A stretch of 50,123 bases of DNA from Clostridiales bacterium. GTDB lineage: Bacteria; Bacillota; Clostridia; Lachnospirales; WRAX01. The stretch covers positions 1 through 50,123 of the forward strand of contig JAISCI010000029.1 of the NCBI GenBank assembly GCA_031265685.1, read 5' to 3'. The notes under the pieces were generated by a model. That model did not search any database, had not been told where the DNA came from, and worked only from the letters and a program-made list of their open reading frames with translations. Numbering within the stretch: the first letter of the stretch is position 1; every line of letters begins with the position of its first letter. Both the position numbers and the translations under genes were made by a program. This document shows, in pieces, positions 37,540-47,959 of this stretch.

Positions 37540-38100
37540 GTTTTGTTGATGTCGGTATATTCGTAGGCGTCAGCGGCGTCCAGCCCTTGGACGTCCGACA
37601 GTACGTAGTGCCGGTCAGGATTTTGCCCCAATCCCCAAAATTCGTTTCCTATCCGCACTGATTGATTTCCTCACGAATCAGCGTGACTTCCAGCATTTCA
37701 AGCACCGGCCAGCCCTTCACTGAATTTTGCGGGTCCAAGCAAAATTCACCTCGCTAAAGTCCGCGACAGCGCTAATTCCGTCTGCGTACGCACACTGTGC
37801 CTGTCGGACGCCGATACTCCGTTGATCGTAATCGGCGCGGAGATATTGGCGCCGCCTGTCACTGTTTGATACTGCCATTGGTTATTTATAGCGCTTGCCG
37901 CCGCTCCCGCCACTGAATTTTGCGTGGTTCAAGCAAAATTCATCAGGCGTTGTAACGCGCCGCCTTGCCTACTGAATTTTGCGTGGCCCTTGCAAAATTC
38001 ATCGCGGCGGCGCGGATGTCGCCCAGCCGCTCCCTTATCTCGCCAAGGAATTTCGCTTGATTCACGCGAAATTCTGAGAAGCCCTCGGCGTCCATCCGCG
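37540..38100 (-). pseudogene. Possible phage tail relic (tape-measure tail / distal tail-like), riddled with family-A units
   Basis: Minus-strand pieces TVTGGANISAPITINGV..ELALSRTL and MLEVTL..YVLSDVQGLD loosely resemble siphophage tail genes; weak. Confidence 0.3.
37722..38074. repeat. Four family-A units (37722-37747, 37915-37941, 37974-38000, 38048-38074)
   Basis: Each is gaattt(t/c)gc-N8/9-gc(a/g)aaattc. Confidence 0.9.
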
Positions 38101-38282
38101 CGAAGCAGGCGCGTTTTTTGGAGGGCTGGCAATTTCCTGCTCGTCCGCCGCCGTCTGATTCGCCTCCGCGAATATAGACCGTATCGTGTCCGCGATTGCC
38201 CATTATAGTTTTCCTCCTTCATTTTCGGGGCAAAACTTTTAGCGTTAATTTTACGTTGGAGTTTTCCGGACGCAAAATCAGT

Positions 38283-38385
38283 CCCATTTTGGTTCGGGAA
38301 TAGAGTGAAAAAGAACAACGCCTAACCCACAAACCCTTGATATTGTCGGGTTCTTCAGGTTTGGCGCTATTATGTCATAAGGGCA
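38283..38385 (-). repeat. ~100-bp structured repeat, copy 2
   Basis: Reverse complement aligns with 19956-20057. Confidence 0.85.
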
Positions 38386-38680
38386 GGTTGGCCGAGCGCA
38401 ATACACGGTGGACGGCCAACGCCCCCGGCATCGCCGCAAGCGACATCGCGGAAAGCTGCCTGCGGAGATAGCGGCCACCGTCAGGAATCTTGAAATCAAA
38501 CAGCCATCGAAGACGCCGGTTGTATATGCTAATCGGAAAAACCGCCACCCACTTATATTTGGAAACTCTCACTACAGATTGCGGGTCTCGCTTAATATCT
38601 CCGTTTGCTTCTCGGCCGGCGGCTTTTTCGATTATATTACGCGGTGGTTTTTCGCTTGACATTTATATAAGTCAGTGACA

Positions 38681-40072
38681 TTACGACACCCGTAGTCCAA
38701 AATACTTGACGGAGTTTCCAAAAGCGATATCCCGTATAATTCCGCCCAGCGTCTCATAGTCCTCCGGATATTCCCCGTTATCCACCCATTCGCCGATCAG
38801 GCCGCAGAGTATGCGCCGGAAATACTCATGGCGGGTGTAGCTCAGCAGACTGCGCGAATCGGTCAGCATACCGATGAAGTCGCCCAATACGCCAAGATCG
38901 GCGAGGTTGGCCAGTTGACCGCGCATACCCCGCTTTGTGTCGTTGAACCACCAGGCCGAGCCGTGCTGGATCCTTCCGCGCGCGCCCGCGCCTTGAAAAC
39001 ACCCCGCTGCCGTCGCGAGCGCCGCGTCGTCGTTGGGGTTGAGCGAGTATAGCACGACTTTCGGCAGCGAACCTTCCCGCGACAGCGCGTCGAGAATGCC
39101 GGCCACGCCATCCGCGCACGGTCGCGTCGATACGCAATCGAAACCGGCGTCCGGACCGAGCGCCTCGAAGCCCCGCGTGTTGGCGTTACGGATCGCTCCG
39201 TAATGAAACTGTGTCGCCCAGCCGCGCTTCGCGTACTCGCGGCAGCAGAACAGCAGCATCTCCGTTTTGAACGCGTCGGCCTGCTCACGCGTTACGCAAC
39301 CGGCCCGCGCCGCGCGAAACGCCGCGTCCGCGTCTCCGGGGACATAAACCATCGTGTCCAAGCCGTGGTCGGAGAGCAGGCAGCCGTTTTCGCCGAAGAA
39401 GTCCATGCGCCGCGCGAGGGCGTCCTTCAGGGCGTCGGCGTCGGTGATCGCGGAGCCGCTCGCCTCTCCGAGCTTTTCGATATAACCCCAGAAACCGGGC
39501 TTGTCGATGTTGACGGCCTTATCGGGGCGGAACGCCGGAAGGACGCGCGTCTTGAAACCCGCTGCGGCGATGGCGCGGTGATAACGCAGGTCGTCGATCG
39601 GGTCGTCGGTGGTCGCCAGCGCCGCGACGTTCGAGCGCGAGATAATAGTCCGCGCCGACAGCTCCGGTAGCTTCGCGCCGCATTCGTCAAAGATACGCCG
39701 GGCGGACGCGGGCGAGAGCGGCTCCGTTATGCCGAAATACCGCCGCAGCTCAAGGTGCGACCAATGATAGAGCGGGCTGCCGGGCGCTCGGGACAGCGCT
39801 TCGGCGTACCGCACGAACTTGTCGAAGCCGGGAGCGCCGCCGGTTACGAGGCTCTCGTCGGCGCCGTCCCAGCGCATCAGCCGCCATTTGTAGTGGTCTG
39901 CGCCGAGCCATAGCTCGGCCATGTCCGCGAATACTTTGTCCTCGGCGATGTGCGCCGGGGGGATGTGGCAGTGGTAATCGAAGATCGGCTCGGGCGCGGC
40001 GTATGTGTGATAGAGACGGCGCGCGGCGTCGGTGGTGAGGAGGAAGTCCTCGTCCATGAATGGTGTTGGCAT
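38681..40072 (-). CDS. uxaC: Uronate isomerase
   Basis: FMDEDFLL, IFDYHCH, DHYKWRLMR, TTDDP, AWWFND, GMLTDSRS, RHEYFRR. Confidence 0.96.
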   Translation of the reverse strand: MPTPFMDEDFLLTTDAARRLYHTYAAPEPIFDYHCHIPPAHIAEDKVFADMAELWLGADHYKWRLMRWDGADESLVTGGAPGFDKFVRYAEALSRAPGSPLYHWSHLELRRYFGITEPLSPASARRIFDECGAKLPELSARTIISRSNVAALATTDDPIDDLRYHRAIAAAGFKTRVLPAFRPDKAVNIDKPGFWGYIEKLGEASGSAITDADALKDALARRMDFFGENGCLLSDHGLDTMVYVPGDADAAFRAARAGCVTREQADAFKTEMLLFCCREYAKRGWATQFHYGAIRNANTRGFEALGPDAGFDCVSTRPCADGVAGILDALSREGSLPKVVLYSLNPNDDAALATAAGCFQGAGARGRIQHGSAWWFNDTKRGMRGQLANLADLGVLGDFIGMLTDSRSLLSYTRHEYFRRILCGLIGEWVDNGEYPEDYETLGGIIRDIAFGNSVKYFGLRVS

Positions 40073-40091
40073 AATTCACCTTCTCAATTTA

Positions 40092-41306
40092 TCAGAACCG
40101 AGCCTTATAAGCCCACAGCCCCAGCGCCGGATTAGGCACAAAATAAATCCCGCCGTCATTGTACCCGGCTCTAAGCGTCTCCGGCGCGAACCGCTCCGAA
40201 GCTTCCTCGAACGGCATATACTCAAAGCCCGCGCCCGTCACCTCTTCCGCCGTCAAACGCCGCGTGCAGTACGTAATCTTAAACCGCCCGTCGCTCGAGC
40301 CGTGGATGAGGTGCGCCGCCGCCGACAGATTTCCGCGCAGATCAGCGTTCTCCGCGCACATCCGGATGACGCGCTCGCGCCCCTTGTAGCCGTATTTGCG
40401 GATCAGCGCATCGATGGCGGGGTCCTCGCCGAATTTATCCGCGCCCGGCGCTAGAACGAACAGTTCCCCGCCGTCGGCGATCGCCATGCGCGTGCGGTAG
40501 ATGGCCTTGTTCCCGAGCCAGCAGCTCTGAAACTCCTCCGGGTCGAGCCAGACGACCATCGTTTGAACGGGTTCGTCCAGCAGCGTGATATTCACCTCTC
40601 GCGAGAGCGCCACCGCCGCCTCGAAGCCTTCGCGCCCGCGCGAGATAAACACGCCGCGCGTCTCGATAACCCCGGCGGGGGCGGTCGTTACTGTCAGGAT
40701 ATACCACAGCGGCAGACCGGCCAAGTATTTTTCGGCGGCGTAGTCGAATACCGCGCGCGCGGGCGAATGATCCTTACCCATCGCCGCCTCCAGCCCGCAG
40801 AACGCGCCGAGCATATGGGATGCGTTGATCATGGCCTGCCCGCCGCACCCGACGAAAATATTCTTGGCGTGGTTCGCCATGCCCACGACCTCATGCGGCA
40901 CCACTTGGCCGATCGACACAACCAAGTCGTACCCGTCGAACAGACGCCGGTTCACCTCCACGGGGATCGGGTCGCGGACCAGCCCGCCGGACACCTCCGC
41001 GACAAATTCGCCGGGCACCTCGCCGAGACGGATCAGCCCGTCCCGCCAATTGTGCGGGATGAAACTATGCTTCGGGATATCGCCGTACATATGCCCGAGC
41101 TGGCGGTCCGTCATAGGCACGTGCGTGCCCAGCGCCTCTATCAGCTCGACCAGCTCCGCCTTGAGGTTGTGATAGAGGTAGTTCGCGATAAACCCGGCGT
41201 TCGAGTGATACCGCGTATAGTCCGGGACAATGAGCAGAACGCGCCGCCGCTCCCCCGCCTCGCGTATAAAGCCGTCCAATTGCCGGATTATCTCGCTGCC
41301 TGTCAT
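40092..41306 (-). CDS. Lactate-racemase (LarA) superfamily protein, probable D-mannonate/D-gluconate 2-epimerase (GntE-like)
   Basis: PDYTR, ALGTH.PM, IGQVVPHEVVGMAN..K, LIHGSS; ATG overlaps the gnd stop (ATGA); context uxaC-gnd-kinase. Confidence 0.75.
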   Translation of the reverse strand: MTGSEIIRQLDGFIREAGERRRVLLIVPDYTRYHSNAGFIANYLYHNLKAELVELIEALGTHVPMTDRQLGHMYGDIPKHSFIPHNWRDGLIRLGEVPGEFVAEVSGGLVRDPIPVEVNRRLFDGYDLVVSIGQVVPHEVVGMANHAKNIFVGCGGQAMINASHMLGAFCGLEAAMGKDHSPARAVFDYAAEKYLAGLPLWYILTVTTAPAGVIETRGVFISRGREGFEAAVALSREVNITLLDEPVQTMVVWLDPEEFQSCWLGNKAIYRTRMAIADGGELFVLAPGADKFGEDPAIDALIRKYGYKGRERVIRMCAENADLRGNLSAAAHLIHGSSDGRFKITYCTRRLTAEEVTGAGFEYMPFEEASERFAPETLRAGYNDGGIYFVPNPALGLWAYKARF

Positions 41307-42754
41307 ACCGTGTATACCGTGGACGCGGTGTCCCCGCCTTCCCCCGTCCAGTTGGTGTGGAAAAACCGCCCGAGCGGCGCGTCCACGCGCTCGTAGGTGT
41401 GGGCGCCGAAGTAATCGCGCTGAGCCTGAAGCAGGTTCGCCGGGAGCCGCGCCGAGCGGTATCCGTCGAAATACGTCAGCGCGGAAGCCATCGCCGGTAC
41501 GGGTATGCCGTAGGTAATTGCCGCCGCGCACACCTCTCGCCAGCCCTTCTGCGCCGCCTGTATCCTGCCGCTGAAATAGCCGTCCAGCAGCAGGTTAGGA
41601 AGCCCCGGATCCTTGTCGAACGCCTTTTTTATGTCTCCGAGGAACGCGCTGCGGATTATGCAGCCTCCGCGCCACATCAGCGCTATACCGCCGTAGTTCA
41701 GATCCCAGCCGCAGGTGTTGGCGGCCGAGCGCATGAGCGTGTAGCCCTGGGCGTAGCTGATAATCTTGGAAGCGAATAACGCGTCTTTAATCGCGCCGAC
41801 AAAGGCGGGCTTGTCCCCCGCGAACGCGCGTCCGGGACCGCTGAGAACGCCGGACGCGGCCACGCGCTCTTCCTTCGCCGCCGACAGGCACCGCGCGAAC
41901 ACGGCCTCGCCGATCAGCGTCAGCGCCACGCCCTCATCCAGGGCGGCTATGCCCGTCCATTTGCCCGTACCCTTCTGCCCGGCGGTATCCAGTATCTTGT
42001 CGATAATCGGCAGGCCGTCCGCGTCCTTATATTTCAGAATATTACTGGTTATCTCGATCAGGTAACTGTCCAGCTCGCCCTTGTTCCACTCGGCGAAAAC
42101 CTTGCCGATCTCTTCGGCGCCCATGCCCAGCAGATCGCGCATAAGCTGGTAGGCCTCGCAGATCAGCTGCATGTCGCCGTACTCGATGCCGTTGTGAACC
42201 ATCTTGACGAAATGCCCCGCGCCGCCCTGTCCGACCCAGTCGCAGCAGGGGCTACCGTCCTCGACTTTCGCCGAGATAGCTTGCAAAACCGGCGCGACGC
42301 TGGGCCAAGCCGCCGGCGATCCGCCCGGCATAATCGAAGGTCCTTTGAGGGCGCCTTCCTCTCCGCCGGATACGCCCGTGCCGACGTAGAGAAGCCCCTT
42401 ACTCTCGACATACGCCGTCCGGCGGGCGGTGTCCGGGAAATGCGAATTGCCGCCGTCGATGACGACGTCTCCCGGCTCGAGGACGGCGAGAAGCTGTTCG
42501 ATGGTGTCGTCCACGGGCTTACCCGCCTTGACCATGATCATCACTTTGCGCGGCGTCTTAAGCGCGGCGGCCAAATCGGCCAGAGTCTTTGTCCCGACGA
42601 TGTTCCGGCCTTTCGCCCTGCCGTTCACAAAATCGTCCACTTTACTGGTTGTGCGGTTATATACCGCCACCCGGAATCCCTTGGATTCCATATTCATGAC
42701 CAAATTCTCGCCCATGACGGCAAGGCCGATCAGGCCTATATCGCATTTCCCCAT
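41303..42754 (-). CDS. gnd: NADP-dependent 6-phosphogluconate dehydrogenase (decarboxylating)
   Basis: GLAVMG, YNRT, DGGNS, GVSGGEEGA, KMVHNGIEY, QKGTGKW, QAQRDYFGAH. Confidence 0.96.
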   Translation of the reverse strand: MGKCDIGLIGLAVMGENLVMNMESKGFRVAVYNRTTSKVDDFVNGRAKGRNIVGTKTLADLAAALKTPRKVMIMVKAGKPVDDTIEQLLAVLEPGDVVIDGGNSHFPDTARRTAYVESKGLLYVGTGVSGGEEGALKGPSIMPGGSPAAWPSVAPVLQAISAKVEDGSPCCDWVGQGGAGHFVKMVHNGIEYGDMQLICEAYQLMRDLLGMGAEEIGKVFAEWNKGELDSYLIEITSNILKYKDADGLPIIDKILDTAGQKGTGKWTGIAALDEGVALTLIGEAVFARCLSAAKEERVAASGVLSGPGRAFAGDKPAFVGAIKDALFASKIISYAQGYTLMRSAANTCGWDLNYGGIALMWRGGCIIRSAFLGDIKKAFDKDPGLPNLLLDGYFSGRIQAAQKGWREVCAAAITYGIPVPAMASALTYFDGYRSARLPANLLQAQRDYFGAHTYERVDAPLGRFFHTNWTGEGGDTASTVYTV

Positions 42755-42787
42755 CGCCGTTTCCCCCAGATGATGTTTTTCCGTATA

Positions 42788-43861
42788 TTAACGTTTTACC
42801 CTGGCGTTGCCTTTATATATATCCCAAACCTGATCCTCGTCGGCGGGCGAACCGAAGTCGGTCTCAAGCGTCGCCGTAAGCGCGCCGCACGCCCAGCCGA
42901 ACCGCAACCATTTCTCTGGTTCCCAGCCCTTGAGCGCCCCGTACAGCAATCCGCTGACAAAGGCGTCGCCGCCGCCGATACGGTCAAGCACGGGTATCTC
43001 GCGCGGCTGTTCCACGAACCAGTCCCCGTCCGCGCGCAGGATAGCTCCCCAATTATGCGCGTTCGCGCTGATAACCTCGCGCAGCGTAGTCGCGAATACG
43101 CTCGCGTTCGGATACGCCGCGCCCACGCGCCCGATCATCTCCTTGAAACCCTCTATCTTCGCGGAAAGCCCTTTCCCGCCGGACTCCGGGCCATCTATGC
43201 CGAGCGCCAGCTGGAAGTCCTCCTCATTGCCGATCAATATGTCGGACGCCGCCGCTATCTCGCTGAAGACGGCGCGAAGCTCGCGCTCGCGCCCTTTCCA
43301 GAAGCTGGCGCGGTAGTTCATGTCGAACGACACGAGCGCGCCGTTCGCCTTAGCCTTACGCGCGACGGACAGACACGTCTCGCTGGTCGTCTCGCTCATC
43401 GCGGCGATAAGCCCGGAGAGGTGTACGATTCTCGCGCCCTGTCCGCCGAAAAGCCCGTCCAAATCGAAGTCCTCGGGCGAGAGCGTCCGCCCGATCTCCC
43501 CGGCGCGGTCGTTCCAGACGCGCGGGCCACGGGCGCCGTACCCCGCGTCGGCTATATTGAATTGGTGCCGGTATCCCCAAGGGCCGCCCTGGGCGGTTTC
43601 CGGCCCCATGTATTCTATACCGCGCCGCCGCAGGTCGCCCCGGATGAAAGCGGCGATTGGGCTACCGGCCACGAACTTCGTCAGCGCGAGCGTTTTCAGG
43701 CCAAGCGCCGCCGGTACACTGAGGACGTTGCTCTCGGCGCTGGTGGCCTGCAACTCGAAAAGCCCCCCGGCATGCACCGGCTGGCGGTTCCGCGGGACGA
43801 GCCGGACGCCCATGCTGGTGAGTGTGACAAGGTCGTAGACCGCGCCTTTGCGCAATTCCAT
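42788..43861 (-). CDS. PfkB family sugar-acid kinase (KdgK-like; candidate gluconate kinase)
   Basis: SAESNV, SFDMNYR..W, GNEED, DRIGGGDAF; AGGAG RBS. Confidence 0.85.
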   Translation of the reverse strand: MELRKGAVYDLVTLTSMGVRLVPRNRQPVHAGGLFELQATSAESNVLSVPAALGLKTLALTKFVAGSPIAAFIRGDLRRRGIEYMGPETAQGGPWGYRHQFNIADAGYGARGPRVWNDRAGEIGRTLSPEDFDLDGLFGGQGARIVHLSGLIAAMSETTSETCLSVARKAKANGALVSFDMNYRASFWKGRERELRAVFSEIAAASDILIGNEEDFQLALGIDGPESGGKGLSAKIEGFKEMIGRVGAAYPNASVFATTLREVISANAHNWGAILRADGDWFVEQPREIPVLDRIGGGDAFVSGLLYGALKGWEPEKWLRFGWACGALTATLETDFGSPADEDQVWDIYKGNARVKR

Positions 43862-43883
43862 TGGAATCACTCCTAAAAAAGTC

Positions 43884-43925
43884 TGTTAACGGGTTAATTT
43901 TACTACAAAGCCAAAGCGATGTCAA
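43884..43925 (-). promoter_or_regulatory. SigmaA promoter of the kinase-gnd-epimerase-uxaC operon with operator-like palindrome
   Basis: TTGACA (43925-43920)-17-TAAAAT (43902-43897); TTAAC-CC-GTTAA immediately downstream. Confidence 0.6.
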
Positions 43926-44003
43926 TGATCGGCGGAGACGGGGGAGCGTCAAAACTATGCCGCAAATGACTGTATGAAATTGAAAAAATCCGACGCGAGC
44001 GGT

Positions 44004-44951
44004 TTACCCCATAGATCCGGCGCTGCCGAGCACGTCCGCGATTTTGCCCTCGATCAGTCTCTGGATATAGACGCGGGCGTCGCCGAGATAGCCGCGCGGG
44101 TCGAACGACTCGGGCTTGTTGCCGAAGTGCTTGCGGATAGCCGCCGTCATCGCGAGCCGGATGTCTGTATCCATGTTGATTTTACAGACGGACATAGCCG
44201 CCGCCTTGCGCAGCATCTCCGCGGGCATGCCCTTCGCGCCAGCCAGCCTGCCGCCGTATGCGTTGCACGTCGCCACGGACTCCTCGTCCACGCTGGACGC
44301 CCCGTGCAGTACGATGGGATATTCCGCGAAACCTGCGGCGGCAAGCTTCGCGGTTATCGTCTCGAGCCGGGCGAAGTCGATCTTCGCGTCGCCTTTGAAC
44401 TTGTACGCGCCGTGACTCGTGCCGATCGCTATCGCGAGTGAATCCACCCCCGTGCGCGAAACAAAGTCCACGGCTTGATCGGGGTCGGTGTACGTAGCGT
44501 TGGCGGCGTCCACGTTCACGTCGTCCTCGACGCCGGCCAGCTTGCCCAGCTCCGCCTCGACGGATATGCCGCGCTCATGCGCGTATCGCGTCACTTCGGT
44601 CGTTTTAGCGACGTTCTCCTCGTAGTCGTAATGCGAGCCGTCGAACATGACGGACGTGAAGCCCGCCGCGATAACCTCCCGGACGGTCTCAAAGTCGGGT
44701 CCGTGGTCCAGGTGGAGGGCTATGTCTATGCCGGTCTCCTCGACGGCCGCGTCCACCATGGCCTTGAGGTATCCCGGTCCGGCGTACTTAAGGGCGCTCT
44801 TGGACACCTGCAGTATGACGGCGGATTTTTTCGCGGCGGCGGCGCGCGTCACCGCCTGTATGATCTCCATATTGTTGATGTTGAAAGCGCCGACGGCGTA
44901 TCCGCCCTCGAACGCCTTTTTGAACATTTCTTTCGTCGGTGTCAGTGCCAT
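44004..44951 (-). CDS. fba: Class II fructose-1,6-bisphosphate aldolase
   Basis: AVGAFN, LHLDHG, VEAELG, AIGTSHGAYK, VLHGAS, KINMDTD. Confidence 0.93.
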   Translation of the reverse strand: MALTPTKEMFKKAFEGGYAVGAFNINNMEIIQAVTRAAAAKKSAVILQVSKSALKYAGPGYLKAMVDAAVEETGIDIALHLDHGPDFETVREVIAAGFTSVMFDGSHYDYEENVAKTTEVTRYAHERGISVEAELGKLAGVEDDVNVDAANATYTDPDQAVDFVSRTGVDSLAIAIGTSHGAYKFKGDAKIDFARLETITAKLAAAGFAEYPIVLHGASSVDEESVATCNAYGGRLAGAKGMPAEMLRKAAAMSVCKINMDTDIRLAMTAAIRKHFGNKPESFDPRGYLGDARVYIQRLIEGKIADVLGSAGSMG

Positions 44952-45082
44952 TTTTATGACCTCCCAAATTCATCTTTTGACCATTATAAACGCTTGTTAA
45001 AAAAAATACAAGTCTTGACGGGGTGGGACGGGCATATTATTATTCAGATAACGACGACGCGCGTATGAAAAGAGGTATAAAA

Positions 45083-47554
45083 ATGAACCGTAAAATATAT
45101 CGGGCCGCTCTGGCGCCGCTGGTCTGCCTGACGCTGCTATCCTGCGCCCCTGCGCCGTCCGCCTCCGATCCGTCAGCTTCCGACCCCGTTTCTACCGAGG
45201 GACAAGCCGCCGAAGTCTACGCGCCGGGCGGTCTCAGCGTCATAGAGCCGACGGCCGATCCGGTAACATACGACGGCGACAGCGTTCCGGTCTCCCGGGC
45301 GCTCGTGGCGAAGATGGCCGCGCTGATCGGCATGGACGGCGCGCGGATAACCGGCTTGCCCCGCTCGATCAAATTCGCGGACACCTCGGCGGACAAGTGG
45401 TATGACAAATACATCAACGCGGCTGTGTCGCAGGGCTACATGTCCGGCGCCGGCGAGGTGTTTATGCCGGAGCAGCCGCTTACGCTGCGGCAGGCGCAGT
45501 ACGTGCTGGACAAGATATGCGGCGGGCGCATCAAGATTCAGCTCACCGGCGAGAACGACGGCAAGGCTATCTCATACGCGCTCTGGACCGAGCTGTTCAT
45601 GAAGGCGCTGGAGGAGACTTCGGGCGGGGCGGGCGCCGCGGCGAAATTTGGAATAACGCGTCGTGACGCGATCGTTCTGGCGACGCCCGGCACGAACGCT
45701 AAACTTCCAGCCTGGCGCATGGTGACGGATTCGGGTCTGCTGAGCTTCGACGGCCTTTCGATGGACGCGTATGTGGACAAGAAGGTTTCCCTGCTGACCA
45801 AAGGACGCGAAACCGTCGCGTACCTCTCCCTGCTAGACGAGTCGCCTACGATACATAACGCTTACATAGTCGGTTCCACGTCGAGATCGATAACGCTTTT
45901 CGCCGGGGGCGCCGAGCGCGTCTACGCGTGCGCCGCCGAAGGCGTCGCCGCCGGGATGGTTCTCGACGTAAAAATAAACGGAAGGATCGCCGAGAACGTA
46001 ACGGTGTACCCGGAAAGCGCCGGGGGTACGGTCAAGCGAGTGACGCCCGACACCGTCGAGCTGGCGGACGGGCGCAAATTCGCCGTCACGCCCGAGACGC
46101 GCGTCTATTCCGTCACGGACGGAGCGCCCCGGCTGGGGGACCTTGACGCGCTGACCGTCGGCGGCGACGCGGCGGAATTCGCCGTATCTAACGGCACGAT
46201 CCGCGCGGCGATGATAAAACGCACCACCCTGCCCGAGCATATCCGCGTGGCCATATCGACTTCCGGGTTTGCCGGGCTTACGCACACGGGCGTGACGCTC
46301 ACGTCCGACGCCGCGTACACAGTGAACGACGGCTCGGGCGAGCGGACTATCGCGGCGGGCGAGCCGTATTCGGTCATGACGGAATCCGACTTCAAGAACG
46401 GCGCGACGCGTATATACGTAAAGCCGTCCGGCGGAGCCAAGCTCGCGGTAACGAGCGTAACTCGGGCGTATCCCGGCGGGGCTTCGCCGAAGTACCGCGG
46501 CGTGATAGAGATTAGCCTGGAAAAAGACGGGTTCTGCGTCGTCAACGAAACGACGATGGACGAGTACCTGTACGCGGTCGTTCCCAGCGAGATGCCGACG
46601 GGCTACGGCGTGGAGGCGGCGAAGGCGCAGGCGGTCGCCGCGCGCAGTTACGCCTACATACAGTACTACGCCAATCGCTTCCGGCAGTATGGCGCGAATG
46701 TGGACGACTCGGTGTCGTGCCAGGTGTACAACAATATTCCGGAGAACGACACGTCGATCCAGGCGGTGGACGCGACGCGCGGTCAGTGCCTGACATACGA
46801 CGGAGTCGTAATATCGGCGAACTACTTCGCGGCGTCCTGCGGGATGACGGCGAACAACGGCGAGGTGTGGGCGGGTTCGGACGGGGCGCTGCCGACTGAT
46901 ACAGCGCCGTACCTCGCGGCGCGCAAGCAGTATGTCTCGGGCGACTACGGCGATCTGTCCGACGAGGGGAACGCCGCCGCGTTCCTCAAGAATGACGCCG
47001 TCGAGTCATACGATTCCAAGGCGCCGTGGTTCCGCTGGACTGTCCGCCTCACGCGGGAACAGATCTCGCGCGGCGTTAACGCTTCGCTGGCGGCACGGTA
47101 CGCCGCCAACCCCAATCTGATCCTGACGCTCGATTCATCCGACGGCGTTTATAAGAGCGCGCCGGTGTCCTCGGTCGGGGACGTGAGGAGCTTGGCGGCG
47201 GCGCGGCGCGGGGAGGGAGGCAATATCATAGATCTGGAGATTGCCGGCAGCGAGAATACCGTCCTCATACGCGGCGAGTACAACATCCGCTCCCTGCTGT
47301 CGCCCTCGAAGATGGGCGGCGTCACGATAAAGCGCAAGAACGGTTCGGACGTCGCCGATTACGCGATGCTGCCGAGCGCGTTCGTGACGTTCGAGCTTGG
47401 CGCGGACGGGGCGTACACGCTGTATGGCGGCGGATGCGGACACGGAGTCGGCATGAGTCAGGACGGAGCCGCCGGGATGATCGGGTATGGGTATACGGCG
47501 ATGGATATTTTGGCGCATTATTATCCGGGTACGGTGGTGCGCAAGATGTATTGA
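45083..47554 (+). CDS. SpoIID/LytB-domain lipoprotein with SLH-like segment
   Basis: Lipobox LLSC; FADT..WY..YINAAV..G; YLYAVVPSEMP, KAQAVAARSY, CQVY, GHGVGMSQ. Confidence 0.88.
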   Translation: MNRKIYRAALAPLVCLTLLSCAPAPSASDPSASDPVSTEGQAAEVYAPGGLSVIEPTADPVTYDGDSVPVSRALVAKMAALIGMDGARITGLPRSIKFADTSADKWYDKYINAAVSQGYMSGAGEVFMPEQPLTLRQAQYVLDKICGGRIKIQLTGENDGKAISYALWTELFMKALEETSGGAGAAAKFGITRRDAIVLATPGTNAKLPAWRMVTDSGLLSFDGLSMDAYVDKKVSLLTKGRETVAYLSLLDESPTIHNAYIVGSTSRSITLFAGGAERVYACAAEGVAAGMVLDVKINGRIAENVTVYPESAGGTVKRVTPDTVELADGRKFAVTPETRVYSVTDGAPRLGDLDALTVGGDAAEFAVSNGTIRAAMIKRTTLPEHIRVAISTSGFAGLTHTGVTLTSDAAYTVNDGSGERTIAAGEPYSVMTESDFKNGATRIYVKPSGGAKLAVTSVTRAYPGGASPKYRGVIEISLEKDGFCVVNETTMDEYLYAVVPSEMPTGYGVEAAKAQAVAARSYAYIQYYANRFRQYGANVDDSVSCQVYNNIPENDTSIQAVDATRGQCLTYDGVVISANYFAASCGMTANNGEVWAGSDGALPTDTAPYLAARKQYVSGDYGDLSDEGNAAAFLKNDAVESYDSKAPWFRWTVRLTREQISRGVNASLAARYAANPNLILTLDSSDGVYKSAPVSSVGDVRSLAAARRGEGGNIIDLEIAGSENTVLIRGEYNIRSLLSPSKMGGVTIKRKNGSDVADYAMLPSAFVTFELGADGAYTLYGGGCGHGVGMSQDGAAGMIGYGYTAMDILAHYYPGTVVRKMY

Positions 47555-47959
47555 CAGAGATTAGCGCCGGCGGCGCGAGCCGCCGATTCCGTCTCGGCGA
47601 GAGCCGTCGGGGGCGGGCGGGCAGGGGCCTGACGCCGCCGGCTGGCGAGCGATATGGCCGAAGCCCTTCACCGCGCGGTCGGCGGCGTGTCGCGTTGAGC
47701 GTTGCCGGTCAGTCGGCGGCAATCGTTGGGTAAAAATTCTATCAAACTTCATATAATGGAATGAACCGGGAAAACAGCCGGCAGCGCGCGCCGGAAATAA
47801 AGACGCTCGGCATGGCGCCCGACCAAACTTGGATGACCGCGCCTGGCGGCAAGTATATATACCAAAGGTCTGCGGAACTGGATATGCCGTTCATTATCTG
47901 CGCGGCGGGCGATCTGAACCTATACGAACGTTTCGGCTTGATGAGAAGGAAGTGACGCG

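Noticed and set aside
37915-38074. Possible mini CRISPR array
   Set aside because: Spacers are irregular (32, 47, also 167 bp), repeats vary and are dispersed across the window, the flanking frame reads through them, and there are no cas genes.
41307-41531. 75-aa N-terminal extension of the LarA-like ORF
   Set aside because: Overlaps gnd; the ATG at 41306 overlapping the gnd stop is the better start. Extended starts were likewise trimmed for GH4, SBP, GH43, LacI, galK, glyA, the kinase and SpoIID.
47761-47955. 64-aa ORF upstream of the S8 protease
   Set aside because: Co-oriented and possibly real, but no clear RBS or recognisable homology.
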